Positions 24,201 through 34,731 of a stretch of 64,000 nt of DNA are shown one piece after another. The stretch is taken from NCBI GenBank assembly GCA_026936335.1, contig JAPMXV010000015.1, forward strand, positions 280,481 to 344,480. Reading direction: 5' to 3'. The translations under genes and the position numbers were made by a program. This DNA is from Mantamonas sphyraenae STR306 (lineage: Eukaryota; Protista; CRuMs). Below the pieces are notes generated by a model. That model saw nothing but the letters and a program-made list of their open reading frames with translations, was not told the origin of the DNA and ran no database searches. Within the stretch, counting starts at the first letter, position 1. The number at the start of each line of letters is the position of its first letter.

Positions 24201-27200
24201 GACGAGGCCAGACAACAGCACTGTGTGTGTGGAGTGTCCTTGGGTGGTGTGGCAAAACGGCGAGATGCCGCTTGTGCCACAGGGTTTGCTGGGTGTGCTG
24301 GGCTACTTTGAGCTGAACAGCACCGTGCCACCCGCCAACATGAGTGAGTCGGCACAAGTGACGCCTGGGATGGCGTACGATGGACGATGGCTGCAAACGA
24401 CACTTGTGCCTGGGCCCATGGGCACGCGCAAGAGTCTGCCGCTGGCCAATTCGACGTGTGTGATTGACATTGCGTGGCAAGTGTACACACAGACGCAAGT
24501 GTGGCCAAATGTGGGCAATGGCACAGCAGGAGTGCGTGTGACCGTGTTGGGATCACGCCTGGAGAACCGCGGGGGTTTGCAGTGCCACGTGGGCACACAA
24601 CAGGCTGTGGTGGTGTGGATCAACACCACACAGGTGGACTGCGTATTGCCTGCGTTGACTGAAGGCACATACGAGGTGCGCCTGACAATGGATGGGGGCA
24701 AGACGTTTGCCAAAGGCAGTTGGTACCGCGTGGCAGTCGATGCGCGTGTGGACCAGCTCTTGCCTTCGCAGGTGCCTGTGTTGACACCCATCAATGCGAC
24801 GCTGATCGGCTCTGGCTTTGTGGACACAGGAAGTCGCATGCGCGTGCGTGTAGGCACACGAGTGGTACCCCATCGCCTCGTGTCCTCTCAGGAGCTGATT
24901 GTGGTGCTTCCTTCCTTGTTTCAGAGTCGATACAAACTGCAGGTGACGTTCAACGACGGTGCAGACTGGCTGGCACCACCCACAAACTTGCGTGTGTTTG
25001 CACCCGAGGCAAGCGACCTGTTGCCGAGGGAGTTGCCTGAAGCAAAGGCCACTTCCCTGGTCATCCGTGGCTCGGGCTTTGTGGAGGTGTCCCGCCTGCT
25101 GGTGCGTATCGGGAGCAATCCCGTCATCGTGTTGCAAGGACAGCGCATGAGCGACACAGCCATCAATGTGACCACACCTGCGTTGAGCGAAGGCACGTAC
25201 ACGGTGGAGGTGAGCAACAACAACGGCACATCCTTCACGGCACTCGTGGGTCAGACCCTGCGTGTGTACGCAGCTGGATCGTTCAACCGCACCGTGCCCA
25301 GTGCGACACCGGTGACAGGTGGGACATCGATGCGTTTGATGGGTGTGATTCCCAGTGTGCAGGATGTGCCACGAGTGCAGCTGCGAGACACGAATGGATG
25401 GGTCAGTGCAGGTGTGGCAGGGACACGGACAAGCACGGAACAGGTGACTGTGACGACACCCGCATACGGTGGCAACCTGGCACGACCTGTCACTGTGTCT
25501 GTGTGGTTTGCCAACAACGGACAGGACTATGTGGACACGGGTCTGAGTGTGACAATCTACGACGCACCACAGGTGTTGGATGTGGCACCGCGTGCGAAGC
25601 AAAGCAGTGCATCCGTGGAAGTGACGATTACCGGAAGTGGGTTTGTGGACACGGGCAGCAGTGCGGTGGCTGTGCTGGGCAGCCCTGGGGCACAGGTTGT
25701 GTTTGCAGGAACGGTGTGTCGAGCACGCAGATGACGTTTGTGTCTGGGCTGTCGCATGCAGTGGGAACATACCCTGTGGGTGTGTCGCTGGATGGAGGAC
25801 AGACAGTGAGTGGGGGTGCCGGTACAGCGGCAGTGACGTTCACAGTGACACCCGAGACGATTGCGTGTCCGCAAAACAGCGAAGCTGGCATTGGAGCGAC
25901 GTCTGTGCAAGACTGTGTGTGCAAACCACTGTTCTTTTCGCCGACAGGAAATGGCGGTGTGGCGTGTGTGGCATGTCCAGCGAACGGCGTGTGTGCGGGC
26001 GGATTGAGTGCACCTGTGGCAGCCAACGGGTTCTACAGCACGGGCACAGGGAACCAGTACCAGTTTACGCGTTGTGCGGTTGCGAGTGCATGTGTGCTGT
26101 CGGGCAACGGGACAGTGTGTGCGACAGGGTACGAGGGCCTGTTGTGTGGCCAGTGTCAGAGTGGGTTCTTCCGTCTGGGAGACCGATGCCAAGCGTGCTC
26201 CGACGACCAACACTTCACTCTGGTGCTGTTTGTGGCCTTGTTTGTCGTGTACCTGTGGTTTGTGAAGCGACAGGTGAGGCAAACGAGCCGTGGCGTCATC
26301 ACACTGGCCATCACGCACCTGCAGGTGATGGCAACGTTTGCAGAGTTTCGTCTGTCGTGGCCGGCAGAGGCGCAGGAGATCCTGGAAGTGTTTTCACTGA
26401 GCAACCTGAGTGTAGACACACTTGCGCCTGAGTGTACGGTGACGAGTGTGTGGACGTACGAACACCGGTTCTGGATGACGATGGCGATGCCTGTGGTGGT
26501 GACGATTGGGCTGTTGTTGCGTGTGCTGCTGCAGGCCGGACACCACCGGTTTGTGGAGTCTGTGCGTGGAGAGATGTACTCTCGGTACCAATGGCTGGTG
26601 GGATTCCCGGATGCAACACGGAACAAGGTTGTGTATGCGCTGGATCTGCTGCGGTACAATGTGTTTTCGTCGCTGCTGACAGAGAGTGACCCTGTGGACG
26701 AGGAGACGTGGAGGCACGTGATCAACGAGGCATTGTTCTCGTTGGGACTGCTGTACATCACACTCTGTGGACGTGTGCTGGAGGTGTTTGATTGCACACG
26801 GCTGGCCAACGGGCTGTCTGTGTTGGATGCACTGCCGACGGAGCAGTGCTGGGGCGGAGCAGGGACGATGCATGGACGACTGGTGCCAGCAGGGATTGTG
26901 TTTGGGGTGGTGTATGTGGTGGGGATCCCGCTGGCGTTCCTTGTGATCACGCTGAGTGGACGGGATGTGGAGAAGCGGCACGACGAGTCGTTCTCTGAGC
27001 GGTTCTCGTCGATCTACAACAAGTACGACGAGCGGTTCTTCTGGTTTGAGGCTGTGGTGCTGTTGCGAAAGGTGGGGATTGTGTGTGTGCGGATCTTTGC
27101 GACGACGTTGCCTGCTGTGCAAGGGGTGGGAGGGATGATTGTGCTGGGTGCAGCGACACTGGTGCAGTATGCGTACAAACCGTACCGCACCAGGGCACAG

Positions 27201-27824
27201 AACTGGCTCGAAAGTGTCATGTTTGCTCAGTCACAGGTGATTCTGGGATTGGGTGTGCTGTTCCACAGCGAATCGCTGGTCAACCCGCTGATCAACGAAG
27301 CCTGGGAGGTGATGGCAGTCGGAGCTGTGTACTCTGTGCTGGTTGTGTTTGCACTGTTCTTTGTGCGTGACATCTACATCACGGTGGCAGACAAACGATT
27401 GGCGGCGCAGCAGGATGGGGCAGCACAATTGCTGTACCAAGACTTTCTGCGCCGTATTCACCGCTACGTGCGACCAGATTACCATCCACAGGTGGAAAAG
27501 ATTGCTGTGCGAGAGCTGAAGGAGGCGGACATGCATGCCATGATGCGTGCGATGGACACAATGAGCAAAAGCAGCGAATCAAACACGACCAGCTTGGAGA
27601 TGCAGGCGCTGCACCAAGCTTGTGTGCAAGTGGTGAAACCCAACCGAGTGCGAGTTGTGTTTGCCAAGCTTGCGGACAACACAGGCGTGTCTGAGAACAG
27701 AGAGGCCATGCGTGCCCTGATTCTGGCTCTTGCGGACGGCGTGGTGGACTACAGAGCTGTGAAATCGGCGCAAGAGGAGAACAAAGCGGCAGGAGTGGAT
27801 GCCATCGAACTGAAGGAAATGTAG
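21213..27824 (+). CDS. Giant surface receptor-like protein A (about 2200 aa): signal peptide, SBBP-type beta-propeller repeats, Cys-rich repeats, IPT/TIG domains, Cys-rich, about 9-TM module
   Basis: Three overlapping ORFs (20958-23600, 23566-25734, 25398-27824) join by small indels near 23590 and 25715-25720. The joined protein is colinear with the intact paralog at 27860-34633, which shows the G missing near 25717. Confidence 0.85.
25141..27232 (+). repeat. Left arm (2092 bp) of a long inverted repeat
   Basis: Reverse complement of 28383-30475, with only scattered substitutions and one 1-bp indel. Confidence 0.95.
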
Positions 27825-27859
27825 GGATTATGGTAAGTACTGGTACACTGTCTGCATCA

Positions 27860-30800
27860 TCAATAGGCGCCATTGCCTGTCTTGACGCCGAGGCGGGTGA
27901 TGAACTGCTTGGCGACGAGCTGGTCGTCGTCACAGAGCTCCTGGTTGAGGGCATAGGCGACCCATTGTGTAGCCACCGAAGGCTCAAAGGTGGCCACAAT
28001 GGGATGATGGGTGGCGTCGATGGCAGCCTCGGAGGGGCGCATGTCCTTGCGTCGGAGGACAGAAACGGCTTTCATGATGCGGTTGCGCTCGTCTTGGTCG
28101 AGATGTGCATCCGCATGCTTCTGCAGCTGGTCGTAATGGTCTGCACGGATAATGGTGGAGACATTCTCGAGGAACATGGCCATGTCGCTGTTGGACTGTT
28201 CACGGTTGTACGCGAGACGCGTGTCGTTTACGTACACGGCGATATCGCGGAGGAAGAACACACCGCAGACGGCAAACACGGAAAGGGTCAGGTAGAAGGC
28301 GATGCTGTTCCACAGGGAGACGAGGCCTCCGTTTGTGAAGGAGCTGGTGTAGAAGAGGAGACCCATGGCGAGGAGAAGCAGCGACTGAACAAACATGACA
28401 CTTTCGAGCCAGTTCTGTGCCCTGGTGCGGTACGGTTTGTACGCATACTGCACCAGTGTCGCTGCACCCAGCACAATCATCCCTCCCACCCCTTGCACAG
28501 CAGGCAACGTCGTCGCAAAGATCCGCACACACACAATCCCCACCTTTCGCAACAGCACCACAGCTTCAAACCAGAAGAACCGCTCGTCGTACTTGTTGTA
28601 GATCGACGAGAACCGCTCAGAGAACGACTCGTCGTGTCGCTTCTCCACATCCCGTCCACTCAGCGTGATCACAAGGAACGCCAGCGGGATCCCCACCACA
28701 TACACCACCCCAAACACAATCCCTGCTGGCACCAGCCGTCCATGCATCGTCCCTGCTCCGCCCCAGCACTGCTCCGTCGGCAGTGCATCCAACACAGACA
28801 GCCCGTTGGCCAGCCGTGTGCAATCAAACACCTCCAGCACACGTCCACAGAGTGTGATGTACAGCAGCCCCAACGAGAACAATGCCTCGTTGATCACGTG
28901 CCTCCACGTCTCCTCGTCCACAGGGTCACTCTCTGTCAGCAGCGACGAAAACACATTGTACCGCAGCAGATCCAGCGCATACACAACCTTGTTCCGTGTT
29001 GCATCCGGGAATCCCACCAGCCATTGGTACCGAGAGTACATCTCTCCACGCACAGACTCCACAAACCGGTGGTGCCCGGCCTGCAGCAGCACACGCAACA
29101 ACAGCCCAACCGTCACCACCACAGGCATCGCCATCGTCATCCAGAACCGGTGTTCGTACGTCCACACACTCGTCACCGTACACTCAGGCGCAAGTGTGTC
29201 CACACTCAGGTTGCTCAGTGAAAACACTTCCAGGATCTCCTGCGCCTCTGCCGGCCACGACAGACGAAACTCTGCAAACGTTGCCATCACCTGCAGGTGC
29301 GTGATGGCCAGTGTGATGACGCCACGGCTCGTTTGTCTCACCTGTCGCTTCACAAACCACAGGTACACGACAAACAAGCCCACAAACAGCACCAGAGTGA
29401 AGTGTTGGTCGTCGGAGCACGCTTGGCACCGGTCTCCCAGACGGAAGTACCCACTCTGACACTGGCCACACAACAGACCCTCGTACCCTGTCGCACACAG
29501 TGTCCCGTTGCCCGACAGCACACATGCACTCGCAACCGCACAACGCGTAAACTGGTACTGGTTCCCTGTGCCCGTGCTGTAGAACCCGTTGGCTGCCACA
29601 GGTGCACTCAATCCGCCCGCACACACGCCGTTCGGTGGACATGCCACACACGCCACACCGCCATTTCCAGTCGGCGAAAAGAACAGTGGTTTGCACACAC
29701 AGTCTTGCACAGACGTCGCTCCAATGCCAGCTTCGCTGTTCTGCGGACACGCAATCGTCTCGGGTGTCACTGTGAACGTCACTGCCGCTGTACCCGCACC
29801 CCCACTCACTGTCTGTCCTCCATCCAGCGACACACCCACAGGGTATGTTCCCACTGCATGCGACAGCCCAGACACAAACGTCATCCGCGTGCTCGACACC
29901 ACCGTTCCTGCAAACACAACCTGTGCCCCAGGGCTGCCCAGCACAGCCACCGCACTGCTGCCCGTGTCCACAAACCCACTTCCGGTAATCGTCACTTCCA
30001 CGGATGCACTGCTTCGTTTCGCAAGCGGTGCCACATTCACCACCTGTGGTGCGTCGTAGATTGTCACACTCAGACCCGTGTCCACATAGTCCTGTCCGTT
30101 GTTGGCAAACCACACAGACACAGTGACAGGTCGTGCCAGGTTGCCACCGTATGCGGGTGTCGTCACAGTCACCTGTTCCGTGCTTGTCCGTGTCCCTGCC
30201 ACACCTGCACTGACCCATCCATTCGTGTCTCGCAGCTGCACTCGTGGCACATCCTGCACACTGGGAATCACACCCATCAACCGCATCGATGTCCCACCTG
30301 TCACCGGTGTCGCACTGGGCAACGTGCGGTTGAACGATCCAGCTGCGTACACACGCAGGGTCTGACCCACGAGTGCCGTGAAGGATGTGCCGTTGTTGTT
30401 GCTCACCTCCACCGTGTACGTGCCTTCGCTCAACGCAGGTGTGGTCACATTGATGGCTGTGTCGCTCATGCGCTGCGCCTGTAGAATGGCCGTTCCAATG
30501 CGCACGACAGGGAGGGAGAAGCCAACAAAGCCCGCGCCAGAAAGGACGATGGCGGTGGGTGTGTTGGAAGGGATGGCGTTGGGGGAGAAGCTCTCGGTCT
30601 TGGGGTCGATGATGTCCACCGAGAGTTGGGTGTCTTGAAAGTCGACGCCGTTCAGGGCGAGGGAGATGGGCAAGGTGCCCGGGGTGGAGACGGGTGCCAG
30701 CTGAAAGGTGAGGGTTGTGGGAGAGACGTAGGTGGCAGGCATGGTGATGGTACCAATGGACACAGTGGCCGAGGTGAGGTTGGCAAACCCTGTGCCTGTG

Positions 30801-33800
30801 AGGGTGACGGGGAAGCTGGTCAAGGTAGGGCCACGTGTGGGGTTGATTCCCGTCAAGGATGCGTTGTAGAAGGTAAAGGAAGCCACCTGCGTCCAGCTGT
30901 GCAGTGGAATGAAGCGGATGCGAACATCCACAGTGACAGGAAGACCCGTGAGTGCTGTTGCGACTGGGGTGGTGAGTTGGATGCGAGAAGAAGAGAGCAG
31001 GAATCCGGGTGTCCATGCAGACGTCCATCCTTGGGACGGATAGCCAAACTCCACCTCAATGGAGGCTGGGCGGATGGGGTCAAAGGTGCCTCGGAGCTCC
31101 AGGGAACGGCCGTTTGCAATGGGACCCGAGGCGGGCCACACTTGAGTGATGATTGGCTTGGCAATACGGCGCAGGGTGGCGCGGCCGTGGAAGGTGCGTC
31201 CGTTGTCGTTGGAGATTGAGTAGGCAGCGTCTGTGCCGGCGGGCACCTCGGCAGAGAGGACCACTCCGTTGGAGACGAGAGAGAGGACATCGTTGCCCAC
31301 ACGGACTCGGATGCGATCGGCATGTGGGTAGATGTCGGTCAGAAAGGGCACAAGGTATATGGTGTCACCTGGGGCCACTATCTCAGCCAGGGCGGGCGGA
31401 TCGAGGACAATGGCCTGGGGAATGGTGATGGTGGCGCCATGCAAGTTGACCACAAGTGTGTTTGTGCCCATGGTTGCGTTGACTGGGTCGATGTGAAGGT
31501 TGGGGCCAGCCACAGAGTGTTCAATGGCCCAGGAGACGGATGTCGTTGGACGCAGAGAGAGGGCAAACGACGGCATGGGTGGGGTGACCGCCGTGTAGTT
31601 TGTGGCAATGACGTACGGGGAGGAAGAGTCCATGGTGCGTGTGACCGGCGCGGAAGGCACAGAGAGGGCGACGCAGGTCGGAGCTGTGTCGGAGGGACAG
31701 GTCCAGCAGAGTGTTTGCTGTGCAGTGACGGCGTAGGTCTGACAACGGAAGCACACGTGAGCAGACTCGTCGAAATAGGAGGCAGCAGGGCAGGCTGAAC
31801 ATAGGGTCTGGCCTGGACCGCTGTAGGTGCCATTGGGGCACGGGTAGCAGGCAGCGGCGAGTGAGGAATGCCCCGTGGCGTTGCCAAAGGTGTCTGCAGG
31901 GCACGGGGTGCACGACGAGGCTGCAGATGTGTTGGAAAACGTGCCTGCAGGACACGGAAGGCACAGGTCGTTGTCATAGGAGGGACTGTACGTGCCTTGG
32001 GGACAAGCGGTGCAGGAAGCATCCTGGAGACCCGTGGGTTGTGTGGTTGAGAGCACGGAGCCTGGGGCACACATGGCCTGCACTGAGGAAACCATGGGTT
32101 TCAGAGTGTCGAGGTTGCTGTTGCCCACAGGGGCAGAGGCATTGAGGTCAGCCCGTGCAGAGCCACCCACGTGGACGTAGCCCGTGGCTGCAGACGCGTG
32201 GAGGGAGGTGACAGCATCGTCTCTGGATGAACCCCAGGTGCGTGTGCCAATGCGTGTCCAGGTGGCATTGTGGAGAGAAAACATGGTGAGGAAGACGTCG
32301 TTCTGGCCTGAGTTTGCGCCTCCGTCAAAGGCTGCTGAGGTGTCGCCAGCGACAAAGAGAAGGTGCGTGGTGGCCACCACACGGATGGCATACTGACTGG
32401 CCGAGTTGCCCCATTGGCGGTGGGCCACGAGGGAGCCGTTGGGAAGAAAGTGGGACACAAACACATCCTCACTGCCGAGACCGGTTTGGCCCGGTAGACT
32501 GCCTGTGGTGCCACCAACGACGTAGACAGATCCTGTTGGGGCGTGAATGGTGACGTCGTAGGGACGCGTGACAAGGGAAGAGCCCCAGGAGCGAGTCCAA
32601 ACCCGTGTGCCCGAGGCAGGGTCCCATCGAGACAGGAAGGCCGCGTCGCCACCTGGGTGAGGTTGTCCGTCGATGCTTGCTGTGGTGTACCCTGTGGTGT
32701 ACACAGGACCGGTGTCTGTGAGGACAGCGACTGCACCCAGGCCATCGGTGCTGTTGGAGCCGTAGAGACGACACCAATCCGTTGTGCCTTGCCAGGCGTT
32801 GAAGCGACACAGGGCGAGATCAGAGGAACCCGAGGCAGGGACGCCACCGAGAGTGGTGACCACGTTGGGATAGTAAAAGGTGCCATTGGGTGTGGCAAGG
32901 CCCTGGGTACTCGATGTGGCTGTGGAAAACGAGCCGGGAACGGCAATGTCGTGGGAGACAAGCAGGGATGCGTTGGTGAGGTCACGCAGCATGAGTGAGA
33001 TCTGTGCCAGTGTGGTGACGACAGAGCCATCGGGATTGTACAAATTGCCACTGCGACCAGAGAGCAGGATGGCGCCTGCAATGCGCTGCACCTGGGTCCA
33101 GTAGCGCTCATCCGGTGTGGACAGTGTCTCTGCATAGAGACGGCGACCGTGGTACGAATCGAGGAGGGCCATCCATGGGTTGGCACGGCTGGCCATGGGT
33201 TGGTTGGGCACGCCTTCAAGGGCACCCGAGGTGAATCCGGCTGTCACCACCGTGCCATTGTCCAACGTTGTGACGCCCATGGTGCGTGCGTCTGTTTCAC
33301 CATTGCCTTGAAGTGCAGAGTAGGTGAGCAGGCCGCCGTTGAGATCGTATCGGACAGCAACAGCGTCGCGACGTGCGTCCACACTGGTTGTCCAGTCGCG
33401 TACCACCGTGCCACACAGGACCACCGAATGGGCGTTGACAGAGACGCCATTGCCCAAGTCTGGTTGATTGGTGCCAAACTGGCGACTCCACACGGGGCCT
33501 TGGCTGAGGGTGAACCCGTCGAAACGCGAGATGATCACGTCATTCTGTCCCTTTTGCGCCCCGCCCTGGTAGGCACCGTTGGCACTGCCTACGACAAAGA
33601 GGGCAGCAACGGATGGGTCGACCGCAATGGCTCGTCCGGTGACATCATTGCCACCGTTGCCGACAAATCGCGTTGCGGTGAGGTTGCCCTGTGGGTCGAA
33701 GCGGCTGACAAACATGTCGTGGTTGGCATTGGAATGGGTCTGTCCACCAAAGTCACCCTTTGTTTTGCCCACGACAAAGACAAAGAGACCACCGTTGATG

Positions 33801-34633
33801 ACGGCGACGTCGTTGGCAATGTCGTCCTCGCTGGAGCCAAACTGACGGCTCCACACGAGATTGCCGGACCAGTCGAGGGCCAGGAGGACGGCGTCGTCCT
33901 TGCCAATGTTGGTGTGAGTGGGCAGGGCTCCTGAAGTGAAGCCAGCCAGGTAGATGCGTGCCGTCGGGGCAGCAATGGACGCCATGCCAAACGCGGCGTC
34001 GTTTCCAGGGCCTCCCAGCAAGCGTGTCCACACACGCGTGCCGTTGGAAGCCACGTATCGCGTGACAAAGATGTCGCCTGCACCTGCGTTTGTTTGACCG
34101 TCGAGGTTGCCCTCTGAGTAGCCGGTGAGGAAGAGGGCGTCGTGAACGTGTTGCAACGATGTGTCGTGCGGTTCGTCCTTGACGTTGCTGCCGTACTGGC
34201 TCAGCCAGCCCAGGGTGCCGTTGGGATGGACCTGGGAGAGGGCAATGTCCATGCCGCCCTGGTTGGCACCTGTCACGGAGCCGATGGTTGAGCCGAGAAA
34301 GTACGCTGTGCCATTGCGAGGATCGACCGCGAGTCCCTTGGCAAAGTCGCCCACTGGGGAGCCCCACTGGCGGGCCCAGACCTGAGAGCCGTCGGGGGCC
34401 AGCTTGACGAGGACAAAGTCACTACCCGAGTCGACCTCTGGGTATTGGATGGTGCCATAGGAGTTGATGGCGACGTAGGAGGAGTTGTCCGGGAAAAGAT
34501 GGACAGCAGCGGCCTCGTCGTTAAAGTAGGGCCCACGACTGGTGTCCTGCCAGGACCACTCGGCCACAATGGGGGTGGGGAGGAGGAGGAGGAGGGTGGC
34601 CAGGAGCAGGAAAGGAAGGTGGAAACGGGTCAT
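27860..34633 (-). CDS. Giant surface receptor-like protein B (2257 aa), same architecture as A
   Basis: Intact intronless ORF. Signal peptide MTRFHLPFLLLATLLLLL; repeated W.RQ(W/F)G and D.F(V/L) propeller blades; C..C..G.Y Cys-rich repeats; IPT domains (G.GF, V..NNG); multi-TM C-terminus. Confidence 0.92.
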   Translation of the reverse strand: MTRFHLPFLLLATLLLLLPTPIVAEWSWQDTSRGPYFNDEAAAVHLFPDNSSYVAINSYGTIQYPEVDSGSDFVLVKLAPDGSQVWARQWGSPVGDFAKGLAVDPRNGTAYFLGSTIGSVTGANQGGMDIALSQVHPNGTLGWLSQYGSNVKDEPHDTSLQHVHDALFLTGYSEGNLDGQTNAGAGDIFVTRYVASNGTRVWTRLLGGPGNDAAFGMASIAAPTARIYLAGFTSGALPTHTNIGKDDAVLLALDWSGNLVWSRQFGSSEDDIANDVAVINGGLFVFVVGKTKGDFGGQTHSNANHDMFVSRFDPQGNLTATRFVGNGGNDVTGRAIAVDPSVAALFVVGSANGAYQGGAQKGQNDVIISRFDGFTLSQGPVWSRQFGTNQPDLGNGVSVNAHSVVLCGTVVRDWTTSVDARRDAVAVRYDLNGGLLTYSALQGNGETDARTMGVTTLDNGTVVTAGFTSGALEGVPNQPMASRANPWMALLDSYHGRRLYAETLSTPDERYWTQVQRIAGAILLSGRSGNLYNPDGSVVTTLAQISLMLRDLTNASLLVSHDIAVPGSFSTATSSTQGLATPNGTFYYPNVVTTLGGVPASGSSDLALCRFNAWQGTTDWCRLYGSNSTDGLGAVAVLTDTGPVYTTGYTTASIDGQPHPGGDAAFLSRWDPASGTRVWTRSWGSSLVTRPYDVTIHAPTGSVYVVGGTTGSLPGQTGLGSEDVFVSHFLPNGSLVAHRQWGNSASQYAIRVVATTHLLFVAGDTSAAFDGGANSGQNDVFLTMFSLHNATWTRIGTRTWGSSRDDAVTSLHASAATGYVHVGGSARADLNASAPVGNSNLDTLKPMVSSVQAMCAPGSVLSTTQPTGLQDASCTACPQGTYSPSYDNDLCLPCPAGTFSNTSAASSCTPCPADTFGNATGHSSLAAACYPCPNGTYSGPGQTLCSACPAASYFDESAHVCFRCQTYAVTAQQTLCWTCPSDTAPTCVALSVPSAPVTRTMDSSSPYVIATNYTAVTPPMPSFALSLRPTTSVSWAIEHSVAGPNLHIDPVNATMGTNTLVVNLHGATITIPQAIVLDPPALAEIVAPGDTIYLVPFLTDIYPHADRIRVRVGNDVLSLVSNGVVLSAEVPAGTDAAYSISNDNGRTFHGRATLRRIAKPIITQVWPASGPIANGRSLELRGTFDPIRPASIEVEFGYPSQGWTSAWTPGFLLSSSRIQLTTPVATALTGLPVTVDVRIRFIPLHSWTQVASFTFYNASLTGINPTRGPTLTSFPVTLTGTGFANLTSATVSIGTITMPATYVSPTTLTFQLAPVSTPGTLPISLALNGVDFQDTQLSVDIIDPKTESFSPNAIPSNTPTAIVLSGAGFVGFSLPVVRIGTAILQAQRMSDTAINVTTPALSEGTYTVEVSNNNGTSFTALVGQTLRVYAAGSFNRTLPSATPVTGGTSMRLMGVIPSVQDVPRVQLRDTNGWVSAGVAGTRTSTEQVTVTTPAYGGNLARPVTVSVWFANNGQDYVDTGLSVTIYDAPQVVNVAPLAKRSSASVEVTITGSGFVDTGSSAVAVLGSPGAQVVFAGTVVSSTRMTFVSGLSHAVGTYPVGVSLDGGQTVSGGAGTAAVTFTVTPETIACPQNSEAGIGATSVQDCVCKPLFFSPTGNGGVACVACPPNGVCAGGLSAPVAANGFYSTGTGNQYQFTRCAVASACVLSGNGTLCATGYEGLLCGQCQSGYFRLGDRCQACSDDQHFTLVLFVGLFVVYLWFVKRQVRQTSRGVITLAITHLQVMATFAEFRLSWPAEAQEILEVFSLSNLSVDTLAPECTVTSVWTYEHRFWMTMAMPVVVTVGLLLRVLLQAGHHRFVESVRGEMYSRYQWLVGFPDATRNKVVYALDLLRYNVFSSLLTESDPVDEETWRHVINEALFSLGLLYITLCGRVLEVFDCTRLANGLSVLDALPTEQCWGGAGTMHGRLVPAGIVFGVVYVVGIPLAFLVITLSGRDVEKRHDESFSERFSSIYNKYDERFFWFEAVVLLRKVGIVCVRIFATTLPAVQGVGGMIVLGAATLVQYAYKPYRTRAQNWLESVMFVQSLLLLAMGLLFYTSSFTNGGLVSLWNSIAFYLTLSVFAVCGVFFLRDIAVYVNDTRLAYNREQSNSDMAMFLENVSTIIRADHYDQLQKHADAHLDQDERNRIMKAVSVLRRKDMRPSEAAIDATHHPIVATFEPSVATQWVAYALNQELCDDDQLVAKQFITRLGVKTGNGAY
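28383..30475 (-). repeat. Right arm (2093 bp) of the long inverted repeat
   Basis: Matches 25141-27232 in reverse complement. The spacer 27233-28382 (1150 bp) holds the two distinct gene ends. Confidence 0.95.
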
Positions 34634-34731
34634 TTTGGTGGGGTTGGGGCGTGTGGTGGATGGCAGTGATGGTGAGGTGGGGTCAATGGAGGGTGCATTT
34701 GGAGGAGATGTGGGATTGTTCAGAGTGCAGC

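Noticed and set aside
25141-30475. Terminal inverted repeats of a transposon
   Set aside because: The arms are in-frame receptor coding sequence, the spacer holds gene ends rather than a transposase, and no target-site duplication is evident.
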